Shown in pieces: positions 19,501-29,829 of a DNA stretch of 34,293 nucleotides; within the stretch, counting starts at the first letter, position 1; each line of letters begins with the position of its first letter. This DNA comes from Chrysochromulina tobinii (Eukaryota), in NCBI GenBank assembly GCA_001275005.1, contig JWZX01003121.1:1-34293 (forward strand). The letters run 5' to 3'. The notes beneath the pieces were generated by a model, which did not search any database, was not told the origin of the DNA, and worked only from the letters and a program-made list of their open reading frames with translations. The translations under genes were made by a program, and so were the position numbers.

Positions 19501-21009
19501 TCAGTCAAAGATCTCGCACCCGAGATTCTCGCATGCATCTGTAGGCTCGATGCCAAGCACCGCTTCTAGGAAGCCAGATGAGACGCGCTCGACCCACGCT
19601 GGCCCACCGGTCGGGTCGGAAGGCTCGCACCAGCCGAGATGGCCGCCGTCGGCGGTGATTGCCATGAGCAGATTTGGGTTGGCACGCGCGTTGTCCAGAG
19701 CACGGCGCAGCGACACCCCGGGCACGATGGGGTCGTCATATGCGTTGAGCAGTAGTAGGGGACTCTCGATCAGGGCGAGACGCTGGTCGCTCGAGGCGGC
19801 AGCATAGTAGGCATCGACGCTCTCGTACCCGTACTGGCGGCGTGTCAGCGCCTCGTCGAGCTCCCGAATGGAGAGGGCCGTGCGCGCCAGCTGATCATCG
19901 GCTACAAAGCTACCACCTGACTTCTCCGCGCCAGTCGGGTCCAGCAGCCCAGGCCGGCCCAACCCCGACCAGTACGGCACGGGCACGGGGGTGTCCGTGA
20001 CGGCGTCGACAAACTGAGGGCGCGCTGCAGCCCACAGCCTCTGCAACGACTTACCCAGGTTGCGGTCGTATACAGCGGAATGGAAGCGGCGGCGGAGGTT
20101 TGCGCTATTCGCGGGCATGTTGAGAGGGCACGCGCACGCGACGCCAGCGTCGATGCGCGCCGTTCCGTCGTGCTCGTTCGCATGCGTGGTGGCTTGCTCG
20201 GCGAGAACATTATTCAGGATGGTGCCGCTGTTCGACCAGCCGATCACTGCGAGGCGCGCGTCGCCGACGCCAGCGAGCCTGGTGCGCCGCAGATGACTCA
20301 CTGCAAGCCGCAGATCGTCGTTCGCTCCACGGAATGCGGAGAAGAGGCGTGGCGACGTCACCGGCGAGCCTCCACAACCGCGCATGTTGACGACCGCCAC
20401 TTGCCAACCGCGTTCCGCGGCAGTGGCTGCCATGGAGCGCACGTACGTGTCTTGTGAGCCACCGCCCAGCCCTGAGGCGAGCAAGAGCATGGGGCGCGTG
20501 GCGTTGAGGTCGGGCGCCGCATCGACGAAATGCGTGTCGCCGCCTTCCTCGGCTGCACCAGGCAGCAAGCCGCCGCTACCGGTGAAGATGGAGCCGTCGC
20601 GCTGCATCTTTCGACGGATGCCCGCCAGCAAATCGATGGCTAGGGTGCCACCATCAGGAGTAGGAACGAGCAGACGGTGGTACCGGACTGCCCTTGTAAT
20701 CCGAGTCTTAGCCGCGAAGATGGTGTGCACGTGCCCGTTGCGCAAGAAGAGCGGGCTTCGGTACCAGTCTTCCCAGCGGGCTAGCTCAGGCACACGATTC
20801 AGCACACGCTCCATGAGAGGATCGCCAGGATCTGCGTGCACACCCTCAAGGGTTTGGCCATCACTTCGGCGGCAAGCATCTGTTCTGGGAAAGTTCGCAT
20901 CGAGTTGCTTCAGTGTCCCGAATGAACGTGCCGCTAGGCGAATTTCAGGTGTCACGACTCGCTGCAGCTGCACGGCCAGCGGCGCGTACAGCAAGGGCGT
21001 CAGAAGCAT
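19501..21009 (-). CDS. Alpha/beta hydrolase, ABHD1-3/YheT family (lipase/acyltransferase-like)
   Basis: NGHVHTI, DGGTLAID, GLGGGSQDTYVR, NMRGCGG, nucleophile GWSNSG, NAYDDPIV, GGHLGW. Confidence 0.92.
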   Translation of the reverse strand: MLLTPLLYAPLAVQLQRVVTPEIRLAARSFGTLKQLDANFPRTDACRRSDGQTLEGVHADPGDPLMERVLNRVPELARWEDWYRSPLFLRNGHVHTIFAAKTRITRAVRYHRLLVPTPDGGTLAIDLLAGIRRKMQRDGSIFTGSGGLLPGAAEEGGDTHFVDAAPDLNATRPMLLLASGLGGGSQDTYVRSMAATAAERGWQVAVVNMRGCGGSPVTSPRLFSAFRGANDDLRLAVSHLRRTRLAGVGDARLAVIGWSNSGTILNNVLAEQATTHANEHDGTARIDAGVACACPLNMPANSANLRRRFHSAVYDRNLGKSLQRLWAAARPQFVDAVTDTPVPVPYWSGLGRPGLLDPTGAEKSGGSFVADDQLARTALSIRELDEALTRRQYGYESVDAYYAAASSDQRLALIESPLLLLNAYDDPIVPGVSLRRALDNARANPNLLMAITADGGHLGWCEPSDPTGGPAWVERVSSGFLEAVLGIEPTDACENLGCEIFD

Positions 21010-21134
21010 CACGAGGGTTCCGTGCTCGCACCTTCGCGGCAATTTTTTAATTGCACAGCCGGCCCACATAAAACCGTCATCGTCTGTCCCGTGACGGATC
21101 TCGGCGCTGTGAACTGTTCACGATTGCGAGGGAA

Positions 21135-22052
21135 ATGCCTCAGGCCGCGTTGCTGTCCTCCGACGACGAGGAGGAGGAGGACCGCACGCGCGCGGCGCAG
21201 CCACCACTTCGGCTGGTGCGTGCTGACCTGGATCGGGCGCTCCCTGAGAAGCCTCCCGCGTCGGTGGTGCGGCGGCCAGGTGCTGCACTCTCGCTGGAAG
21301 AGCTCCAGGTCCGTGCCCGCGTCATCGACCGCCGCGCGCAGGAGCTCAATCGGGCATCCAAGATCGTCGCCGCCAAGGAGCTCCCTCCACCGAGCGACGC
21401 TGCAACCGAGGCCGACGAAACCGAGAGCCTCGCTGCTGAGCCAGAGCGCTGGCCAGAGGTCGACCTCGGACTATCCGAACACGTTGCCAACCTCAAGCGG
21501 CTGGCATCTACGGACGCACCGGGCGGCACCGATGCATCGACCATTGAGCTCGCGCTCGAGGATGCCGTGTGCTCGGTGAGCGCTTGCGACGCACAGCAGC
21601 GTGAGGCACTGCATACCAGCGTCGAGTCGCTGAAGCAGCACTTCCAACGGCGCCTTGAGGCGCTCGAAGCGGATTTCGTGCGCCGCGCACAGGACCTGAG
21701 CGATGCCCTCGCCAGGGCCGTGACGGAGCGCAAGCGCGCATCCGAGGCAGTTGTCGCCGCCCACGCTGAGGAGTGTGCGGATCGCCTTGCGACGATGACG
21801 CAGCACGGCGAGGTGCTCTCACGGTTGCCACCGACGCCGGCGCCGGGGACAGAGGTGGACGACCACGAGGACGACGCACTCATGTCCGTATCGGCGGATG
21901 TCGACGCCATCCTCGGCCGCAACCGGCCAATGGCATCAGGGCCTGGCCCACGAGCACGGCTCGATGAGCTCATCGCCGCGGCACGGCGCCGGCCGTCGGC
22001 GCACCTGCGTTTCGTGACGCCGATGCACAAGGCCGCGTTTCTCGATGACTGA
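21135..22052 (+). CDS. Hypothetical coiled-coil protein
   Basis: ATG-TGA 305 aa, coding-like codons, helical Glu/Ala/Arg-rich segments; divergent from the hydrolase. Confidence 0.7.
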   Translation: MPQAALLSSDDEEEEDRTRAAQPPLRLVRADLDRALPEKPPASVVRRPGAALSLEELQVRARVIDRRAQELNRASKIVAAKELPPPSDAATEADETESLAAEPERWPEVDLGLSEHVANLKRLASTDAPGGTDASTIELALEDAVCSVSACDAQQREALHTSVESLKQHFQRRLEALEADFVRRAQDLSDALARAVTERKRASEAVVAAHAEECADRLATMTQHGEVLSRLPPTPAPGTEVDDHEDDALMSVSADVDAILGRNRPMASGPGPRARLDELIAAARRRPSAHLRFVTPMHKAAFLDD

Positions 22053-22455
22053 AGACTCGACACGTCCGAGTGCCGCGCTGCTGCCCATGTGTGCGTTACT
22101 TTCCGTGCGTCATAGTCGATAGTGTAAGCATTCATAAATGAATACATGTGGTCTCATGTGCGCGTGCGAGGTGCGTTGCGTGTTGCACTGTTGTTACTTC
22201 ACGTGTGCGCGATTTCGTTCGTACGTGTTGGCGTGTTCTGAAATGAACATGCATTCTGAAGATCGGTGTCCTCAGACTCAATGTGAAACATCCGTTGGAC
22301 GGTACGCCGGTCAGTGACTTGCGTGTCGAATACTTGCTGTGAGTATGGCTGTGATAATAGGGGGTCCGGGGGTCCCCGAGCTAATGGTAACCGCATCCGT
22401 ATGTACGCCGGTCCGGTGTCTTGGGTGTCGAATTATAAACATTGGCTGTGAAACA

Positions 22456-23037
22456 ATGGCCGACATCGTCAAAGTCCCTCGCATGGAGCGCGCGACGAGC
22501 CTACCAGCAATCAAGAGCGCGATGGAATACGTCGATCTGTCAAGGCCATGGAAACGAGCCGTGCCTCCAAGTCCGCGGAAGCGATCACAAGGAGTGGACC
22601 TCTGTCGGCAGCCTCCGACCACACCGCTGTACGTACCGAGGGCCAACACAAAATCGACGACGAGGCTACCACCGACGGGAAAGGCGACTCAAACATTGCC
22701 TCCGCACTACGGTGGGGGGCCTCGCGCCACCTCAATCTTGATGATGCAGTGGAACCCGACGGCAGGGTGGGATCAGCATATGCCGCCTTCCTCACACAGG
22801 GAGTATGTCAGCTGGCTCATGGGCACGCATGACGTGCCTTTCACGAATTCAGCGCTGTCTCGAATCCGTGACGGCGTATTGCCCAGCGTGGCTAGGGTTC
22901 ATTGGGGCGATCGTGGAGAATTCCTCATGGGCAGAGCCCAGAGCAAATTCGGAATCCCTTCAAGCAGCGCGATGACGTCCTCAGCGTTTTCGATGAGGTC
23001 TTCGATGGCAGAGCAGGAGGAGAAAGGGGATCACTGA
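22456..23037 (+). CDS. Hypothetical protein (193 aa)
   Basis: ATG in acaATGG context, MADIVKVPRMERATSLPAIK...; no domain recognised. Confidence 0.55.
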   Translation: MADIVKVPRMERATSLPAIKSAMEYVDLSRPWKRAVPPSPRKRSQGVDLCRQPPTTPLYVPRANTKSTTRLPPTGKATQTLPPHYGGGPRATSILMMQWNPTAGWDQHMPPSSHREYVSWLMGTHDVPFTNSALSRIRDGVLPSVARVHWGDRGEFLMGRAQSKFGIPSSSAMTSSAFSMRSSMAEQEEKGDH

Positions 23038-23931
23038 GAGGCGGTGGGCGTGGAGGACATAGACAGGTCCTGCCAGCGTGTCAAAGCATCCGTGACGAAC
23101 GGACCACAAAGAGGGGATCCCTTGATGCATGATGGGCAATTGGGATCGGGGGGCGTGCGCGTAAGCGTCAAAACAATCAACAAATACACATTGAAGAACG
23201 CCGGGATTCGGACGCGACGTATCGAGTCTTGTTAACGCCGAGAAGGCAAGCAGGACGTGCAGAGTGCAGTGCCTATGCAGTGTCCAGTGATGCATCGACC
23301 ATTACGAGGCACGGCAATGACGGCATCAACCGACGGAGGCTGCCACCGTACGGGCCGTAGTGCGTAGATAGCGGCCAGCCCCGCCGGCCCGCAGCCACGG
23401 TCCGAGCCAACCCATCCGTCGTCGATACGCCGACCGGTCCGTTCTGGTAGGGATAATACACATCATACACAGCGTTCATACTATCGTGTGTGAGGGTTGT
23501 TTGCGGTTCCGACGAGGCTGTCCCCGTATAGACACCGGGGGAGCCGAGAGAGGCCTGACCGGTCCTGGGCCTCCCCGTGACCCCGACCGAGGGGCCGAGG
23601 TGTTTAGATTTCGACGGCTGGCTCACCTCCGTTAAACCTCCGGCAATGATCACCTGGGAATTATGCGACAGCTGGAGCCGCGCCGAGCACGTGGCGTTCG
23701 AGGCGATCGACACGTGCATCATGCTCACGTGTAAGGTGATTTTTGTCTTTTTACCGGTAAAAAGACACCGGGGGGAGCCGGGACTTTTTACCGGTAGCGA
23801 CGCTTTGCACGTGAGAGACCGTGTGAGAGGAGGGCGCCGACCACTGGAACGTGAGCGCCGCCGCGCGCGCTGAACAACGCGGCTGGGGAGGGGGCTCGCC
23901 GCACTTGTTGCACGTCGCGAGGGTAGTTTCG

Positions 23932-24712
23932 ATGACCTCGAAGAAAAAGGAGAATGAGCTGCGCAAGGCGGCATTGGATGGCGATTTGGAAACCATTCGT
24001 TCTTGTGTGGCCTCGGGTGTCAACGTTGACGCTCCTCATGCCAAGGTGTGTGCGCCCGCGTCCGGTGATGAGCCTCGGCTGCTGCTCATCTTTGGTGGAC
24101 TCCGCGTGCTCCAGGATGGGCAAACCGCCCTCATGTACGCGTCAGCCAACGGCCATGTCGAAGTGATTAAGTTCCTCCTAGCGTCGGGAGCCAAGATAGA
24201 GGCGACAGACAATGTGAGTAGAGCGACTGCACGTCTGGCGAGTGCCCTGCCGTACGCACGTATTGCTCACGTACGCCCGCTCGTGTGCTCGGTCTGCACA
24301 GTTCGTCTTCACGGCTCTCATGATCGCGAGCACTCAGGGCGAGCTCGACTCAATCGAGGTGCTCCTCGCGGCTGGGGCCAATCTGGATGCCAAGGACAAG
24401 TTTGGCAAAACGGCCCTGGACAAGGCGCGCCAGTGTGGCCATGCCGATGCGGTCAAGCTGCTCGAGAGCGGTCCCTCGGTGGCTGGGTCCAGCTCGAAGA
24501 GCGAGGGAAAGCGCCCAGCACCAGAGGCTGACGACGACGACGACGACGACGAGGATGGCGAGGATGACGACGACGAGGAGGAAGCACCGACCAAGAAGGT
24601 CAAGACTGGGCCGCTCAAGCAGGGCTGGCGCGAGATCATCGACGACGAAGGCGACTCGTACTATTGGAATGATGCGACGGGCGAGTCGACATGGGAAGCT
24701 CCCCTCGCGTGA
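23932..24712 (+). CDS. Ankyrin-repeat protein with acidic tract and C-terminal WW domain; exons 23932-24045, 24115-24213, 24302-24712
   Basis: Ankyrin repeats (ELRKAALDGD, GQTALMYASANGH, TALMIASTQGE, GKTALDKA); introns AAG|GTGTG..CCAG (69 nt) and AAT|GTGAGT..ACAG (88 nt) keep frame; WW domain LKQGWREIIDDEGDSYYWNDATGESTWEAP. Confidence 0.9.
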
Positions 24713-25163
24713 CCGGCAAGAGCTCTATGAGTCTCCGTTCGGGATGACGCAAACTGCCCTTTGGCTTTGCGACGTGTAGCAACTGCACTTTGAGAGCGCG
24801 CGTGAAGCTGCCGTTGCGGCAGCGCCGGTATTTTGGAGGTTATTATTGGGAGTCCGAGCACCGAGGGGGATTCGTGCGACGTTGTACGAAGCTGCTCTAG
24901 CGGGTCCGTTTAGGGTTCGACGGGGGAGGGGGGGGATGAGAACTCACGTGAGCCAAGAGCGGCATGTGTGTGCGTGTCTGCGTGTCATTGCGCCGTATTG
25001 GGCTTTTTTTGCGAATCGGGTCAGGCGAAACGCTGTTCGACGCGCATTCAACAAAGGGAACGGCTCTGGCTGTTCTTGAAGAAGATAAGGCCCTCACGGC
25101 GCTCTCGTGCTAAACGAGCGTGAGTGCTAGAACCCGGTGAGGTGCGTCCTGGTCGCGGCGACA

Positions 25164-25703
25164 ATGTCGACCCCTGGCGCGGGCTTGCAAAAGGAGGGCA
25201 AGAAGGGTAAGAAGGGTAAGGCGGCAAAGGTACCTCCGCGCCAGCTCTACTACGGTCCCGAGGAGATGGACACGCGTGGTGCGGTACCAATTCTGCGTAT
25301 CACGCGCCGCGCACGCACGGGGAATGACACAACCGAGCAAGGCTTCTCGGGCTGGTCGCAAGCACCTAAGCATCGGTCAGCACCCGTTTTCACCGCGCCG
25401 TCGCACCGTGCAGCGCCCATCCTAGACGCCATCAGCCTCGTTGACCTGACTGACATTCAGGTCAACATACCGCCAGTGCAGAGCGCAACAAACCGAGAGG
25501 AGGGATTCCGAGAACACTGGGCATTCCGGCCAGCGCCGACGTACATCCCATATAAAGAGGCGGCCAAAGATATGCGGCCATACATCGAAAGGATGCTCGC
25601 ATCTATCATGGATCGGCAGCAGCGCGAGCGTGAAGCGGCAGAGGAAGCGGCCAGGCTAGCAAAGCTCGCAGCGAAGGGAAAGAAGAAGGCCAAAACGGCA
25701 TAG
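25164..25703 (+). CDS. Hypothetical Lys-rich protein (179 aa)
   Basis: acaATG start; KEGKKGKKGK N-terminus; helical C-terminus ending AAKGKKKAKTA. Confidence 0.65.
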   Translation: MSTPGAGLQKEGKKGKKGKAAKVPPRQLYYGPEEMDTRGAVPILRITRRARTGNDTTEQGFSGWSQAPKHRSAPVFTAPSHRAAPILDAISLVDLTDIQVNIPPVQSATNREEGFREHWAFRPAPTYIPYKEAAKDMRPYIERMLASIMDRQQREREAAEEAARLAKLAAKGKKKAKTA

Positions 25704-26019
25704 CAGAGTAGCAGAGCTCACGTGATTTGAGATGATGAGTATGATGATTGATGACGATCTCGTGACCGAAGAGTATAAAGTAAGTACGTAAACACGTTGC
25801 CAACAATGAGGGTAACCGGTGTATTCTTCAAGAGGCTCATCCGCTCATGATTTCAAAGCAAATCGTCTTCAGTACTTAACCTTGAGTACGGCGGCCCGGC
25901 CGCGGCGGCGGACGGACCGACATCTCAGTCATGACGAAACCGCCACAGACCGGGGTGGCCGGGCGGCCCAGCTGCGGCCTGCGCCGCGACCCGCGTTCAT
26001 ACACGCCCATGTGGCTGGC

Positions 26020-26688
26020 TCAGGATGGGTCTGGGTCTATACATGTAGACGGCGGCGGTGGCAGTCGTGTGCATGGCACGATTTCGCCGTCGCTCCTAAG
26101 CTCACACCAAAAGTCCTCACAGTTAGCCAGCTTGGGTAGGCTGGTCATTGTGCTGAAGAAGGCCGAGTGTCCAACGAGGCAGAGGCAGCTCTCGGGACGT
26201 AAGAGCAACCATTCCTTGAACTCGAGGACTCTCGCGGCAACCTCTTGCTCGGCGTTCTTGAAGGAACGTGGCGGCCAGAATTCGTCTGGTAGCTCGTCGA
26301 AGCCCTGCCACTGCGCAATGTGCGGATGCTTGGCCAAAAGCCCAGCCTTGGGAGTTCCAACATCAGACGGGAAGATCGTGCGTTCGCACATCAAGTGGCA
26401 GAGCCGCTTCGGCGTCGGGTGAGTGCTAAAGATCTCGGTGGCAGTTTGGATTGTGCGGGTGAGCGGCGAGACGACGATGAGCTCGAAAGGCATCGCACTC
26501 ATCGGCTCCTCGAGCGCCTGTGCCTGGCGTTTGCCTTTGCCCGTCAGTGGGGCGTCGCGCTTCAAGAGCGATGGTAAGAAGGCCAACGCCAGCGGATTTC
26601 GTCGTGGATTGTGTTCGCCCTGCCCGTGCCGGATGAGACAGAGGAGCTTTCTCTTGGGTGGGGCGCAGAGGCAGGAAGGCTCGGCCAT
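26020..26688 (-). CDS. Histidine phosphatase (phosphoglycerate mutase-like) protein
   Basis: LIRHGQGEHN, DAPLTGKG, VSPLTRTIQTA, LVGHSAF. Confidence 0.93.
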   Translation of the reverse strand: MAEPSCLCAPPKRKLLCLIRHGQGEHNPRRNPLALAFLPSLLKRDAPLTGKGKRQAQALEEPMSAMPFELIVVSPLTRTIQTATEIFSTHPTPKRLCHLMCERTIFPSDVGTPKAGLLAKHPHIAQWQGFDELPDEFWPPRSFKNAEQEVAARVLEFKEWLLLRPESCLCLVGHSAFFSTMTSLPKLANCEDFWCELRSDGEIVPCTRLPPPPSTCIDPDPS

Positions 26689-26875
26689 CTTGAGCGCTTT
26701 TGCAATTCACGCGATTGCGTTGACGCACGCGTACATGTAAAATGAACGGCGGAACGGCGTTCGAAATTGATTGTCGTGCGTGTGTGCAGGTCTCGTGTGT
26801 GTGGCGAACTCGTCCGCATGTTTAGCAACTTACGAAAACGAGCACGAGTGCACGGCGACGTCGCAACCCAGAGCA

Positions 26876-29085
26876 ATGCGGCGAGGAAGCAAGAGCAAGG
26901 TCGCAGCGACCGGTAAGAATGGCAAATCTTCGCGTGCCACGCCGACGCCGTCTTCGGGCAACGGCGTCAAACGCAGCCGGCAGGCCGCACTCGATGAAGA
27001 GCTCGACAGTGGAGACAGCGGCGATGAGGAGGCTGCACAGCACGCAGCAATGCTTGCTGGCGAGGCGGAGGACGACGAGGAGCTGAAAGAGTCCGCTGAG
27101 GAACGTCGCGTACGGCTCGCCAAGGAGATGATCGCTGCCATGGACGCTGCCGCCGCAAGGCGCCGCGAGGGCGCCGCCGACGTAAGCGGTGTGGCACGTG
27201 GCGCTCATGCCGACGAGATCGCGCAGGAGCTCGAGGAGGACGCGATGCGTCGTGCGGGCCAATATCGCTTCTTGGCGGCCGAGCAGCTCCGGGGCGTCCA
27301 ACTGGACCCGAGTGCATCGCGCGTCTTCCGTGGTCCTCGGCTCAGTGCCACGAGCGTCGCGGTGGCACCCGATGAGAGCTTCGTCGTGTGTGGTTGCAAG
27401 GACGGCGCGCTCGTCCGATGGGACTTGCAGTCTGGCGCGCGAACCAAGCTGCTGGGCGGTCGCGCCACTGCCCTGCATGGTGCCAGAGCCGGCGGCGGCG
27501 GTGAACATGGCGACGGCGCTGGCACGTCGAAAGGGAACAGCGATCAGACCGGCCATCTGTCGGACGTACTCTCAGTGGTAGTGAGTGCCGACAGCCGGCT
27601 GATTGCCTCTGGTGGTCGCGATGGCGCCATCCTGCTGTGGGACTGCCGCACGTCGCGCGTGGTGCACCAGATGCGAGGGCATAAGATGCCGGTGAGCGCC
27701 CTGTCCCGGCGGCGGGACGCGGATGGTCCCGAGCTATACTCGGGCTGCGATGACCGGACGGTGCGCGTGTGGGACGTTGAGCAGCGTGGCTACGTCGAGA
27801 CGCTCTACGGCCACCAGGAGCCCATCTGCGCCCTCGACGCGTTGTGCGAGCACCATCTGCTCTCGGGCAGCGCCGACCGCACGGTCCGTCTGTGGAAGGT
27901 CGATGAGGAGACACAGCTCGTCTTCACCCATGGGCACACGGCACCCGTCGATTGCGTCGCTATGTTGCATGCTGACGCCTTTGTCAGCGGCTCGCAGGTG
28001 CGCACCTTCACACGTCCATTCACACGTCCATCCACACGTCCATTCACACGCACACGCGCCGCCGGCTCGCACGCTCGCGCAGCCATGGCCCACCTGCCCA
28101 CGCCCGCCGCGTCCATTCACACGCGTCCATTCACGCACTCCCTGCGCTCGCCATCGCCCGCGTCACCTGCACGCGCTCCCTGCGCACGCCAACTTAGCCG
28201 CCGCCACCTACGCCACGCCCCATTCGGCCGGACGCGCCTATAGCGCCTTTAAAGAAAGGCAGTTGCTGCTGACCTGGGCTGGCTGGGCTACCTGGGCTAC
28301 CTGGGCGCACGTGCGGCGAGCGGCGCCTCCAGTGACGAGCCCACATCACAACCTCTAAGAAGTCCCGACCCGAGGTAGCACTCGTGGCTTGACGAGCCTA
28401 GTTACACGAGGAGAGCGCGCGCCGCACACGGCGCCACGGCCACTGCCGCCGCCATGGCCACTGCCGCCGCCACGGCCACTGCCGCCGCCACGAGGCGGGC
28501 CTGCCTCCGAACCCTCCCTCCGACTCCTCACCCGCTGCGCCCTCAGCCCATGTCCTGACGCTGGTCGTGCCGTTCCGTGCTCAGGACGGCTCGCTCACGT
28601 TCTGGTCGGCGAAGCGCAAGCGACCGCTCGTCACACAGAAGCTCGCGCACGGCCTCGCGCCGTGGGGTGGTCCATGTTGGCTCACCGCGCTCGCGGCGCC
28701 GGCGTACTCGGACGTGGTCGTCTCGGGCTCGTGCGATGGCCATCTGCGCTTCTGGCACTGCGACGAAACCGAGCGTAAGCTCACGCCGCTGCTCTCGACG
28801 CCCCTGACCGGCTTCGTCAACGGCCTTGCGCTCGCGCCGAGCGGCAAGTTCGTTGCTGCCGCTGTCGGCCAGGAGCATCGGCTGGGCCGCTGGTTCAAGA
28901 TCAGCGAAGCGCGTAACTCGGTCGTGATCGTGCCGTTGCCCGCGCCGCTGCACATCAAGCCGCGCCTTGGGTCACGGCTGCAGGGCGGGAGCCGCAGGCG
29001 GCCGGGCGCCCTGGATGGGGACGAGGAGGAGGACGTACGAGAGGACGACGAGGACGACGAGGACGACGAGGCCGAGGACGACTGA
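26876..29085 (+). CDS. RRP9: U3 snoRNP-associated WD40 protein RRP9/U3-55K; exons 26876-27997 and 28585-29085
   Basis: ESAEERRVRLAKE, WD40 repeats, YVETLYGHQ, FVSGSQ|DGSLTFWS joined by the intron, AVGQEHRLGRW...RNSV C-terminal signature. Confidence 0.92.
28007..28050. repeat. 12-bp tandem repeat ttcacacgtcca (~3.7 copies), intronic
   Basis: Read directly; further degenerate copies near 28110-28136. Confidence 0.9.
28433..28492. repeat. 18-bp tandem repeat gccacggccactgccgcc (~3.3 copies), intronic
   Basis: Read directly. Confidence 0.9.
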
Positions 29086-29829
29086 CGCGCAAAGGTGCAG
29101 AGTGCATTCGTGAGCATTCCTAATTAGTGATCCTGAGCATTCATAACTAGGGATCCGAAGCATTCCTCACGATCGTGCTCTGTGGAGGGCGCGCGCAGGT
29201 GTTGCGGACACCTAATGCGGAGCGAGCAGCGACCCCGACCGGCGGCGAGCGTCGCGCGGGTCTCGCGGGGCGGCCGGCCCGGCCGGAGAAGAGAGAATCG
29301 GATACGATGTTAAGACACAGTCACCGTACTGCGACCGGTATGTGCAATGTGTTTCGTCTCTGACTCAGTCTCGGTATGACACAGCGCACGGCACAGCGCA
29401 CACGAGCGAGCACACCTCTCTACCTCAGAGCTCAGTCTCGACTCGCACGGAGTCGAGCCACCTCACGGCAGAGCGTCACACACACATCGATGCTGATGTC
29501 ATGTCCCTCCTCTCTCGTTGTTACATGGATACATCCCGTCCACCGGTCCCTCACGCCACGCGCGGCATCGTCATCCGTCGCGCGGCCGTCCTCGACCCGT
29601 CCCCGCGGCAGCGCGCACACATAACGACTTCGGAAGCGACTCACGAGTCGCGTCGGACGTCAGTCGTCACACCGCACCCCTCTGGCACCGCACGCCCGCA
29701 CGACACGTCGCGTCGGCAACCGTTCGGTACACGTTGACGACACGCCACAGACCACGCACCAAGCCGCCCAACAAGGTCAAAGTCCAAGGACGCTCTTACG
29801 GGCGACGCGTATTGCACAGGACGATACCT

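Larger units (their letters stand above)
27998..28584 (+). other. Intron (587 nt) of RRP9 containing minisatellites
   Basis: Donor CAG|GTGCGC, branch-like CTGAC near 28555, acceptor CTCAG|GAC; phase 0. Confidence 0.85.

Noticed and set aside
23273..23974. 233-aa minus-strand ORF
   Set aside because: Low-complexity translation that crosses the palindrome and the ankyrin gene start; no domain.
28330..28560. C/D box snoRNA call in the RRP9 intron
   Set aside because: Only imperfect C boxes (TGACGA); the CTGA is better explained as the branch point; no terminal stem seen.
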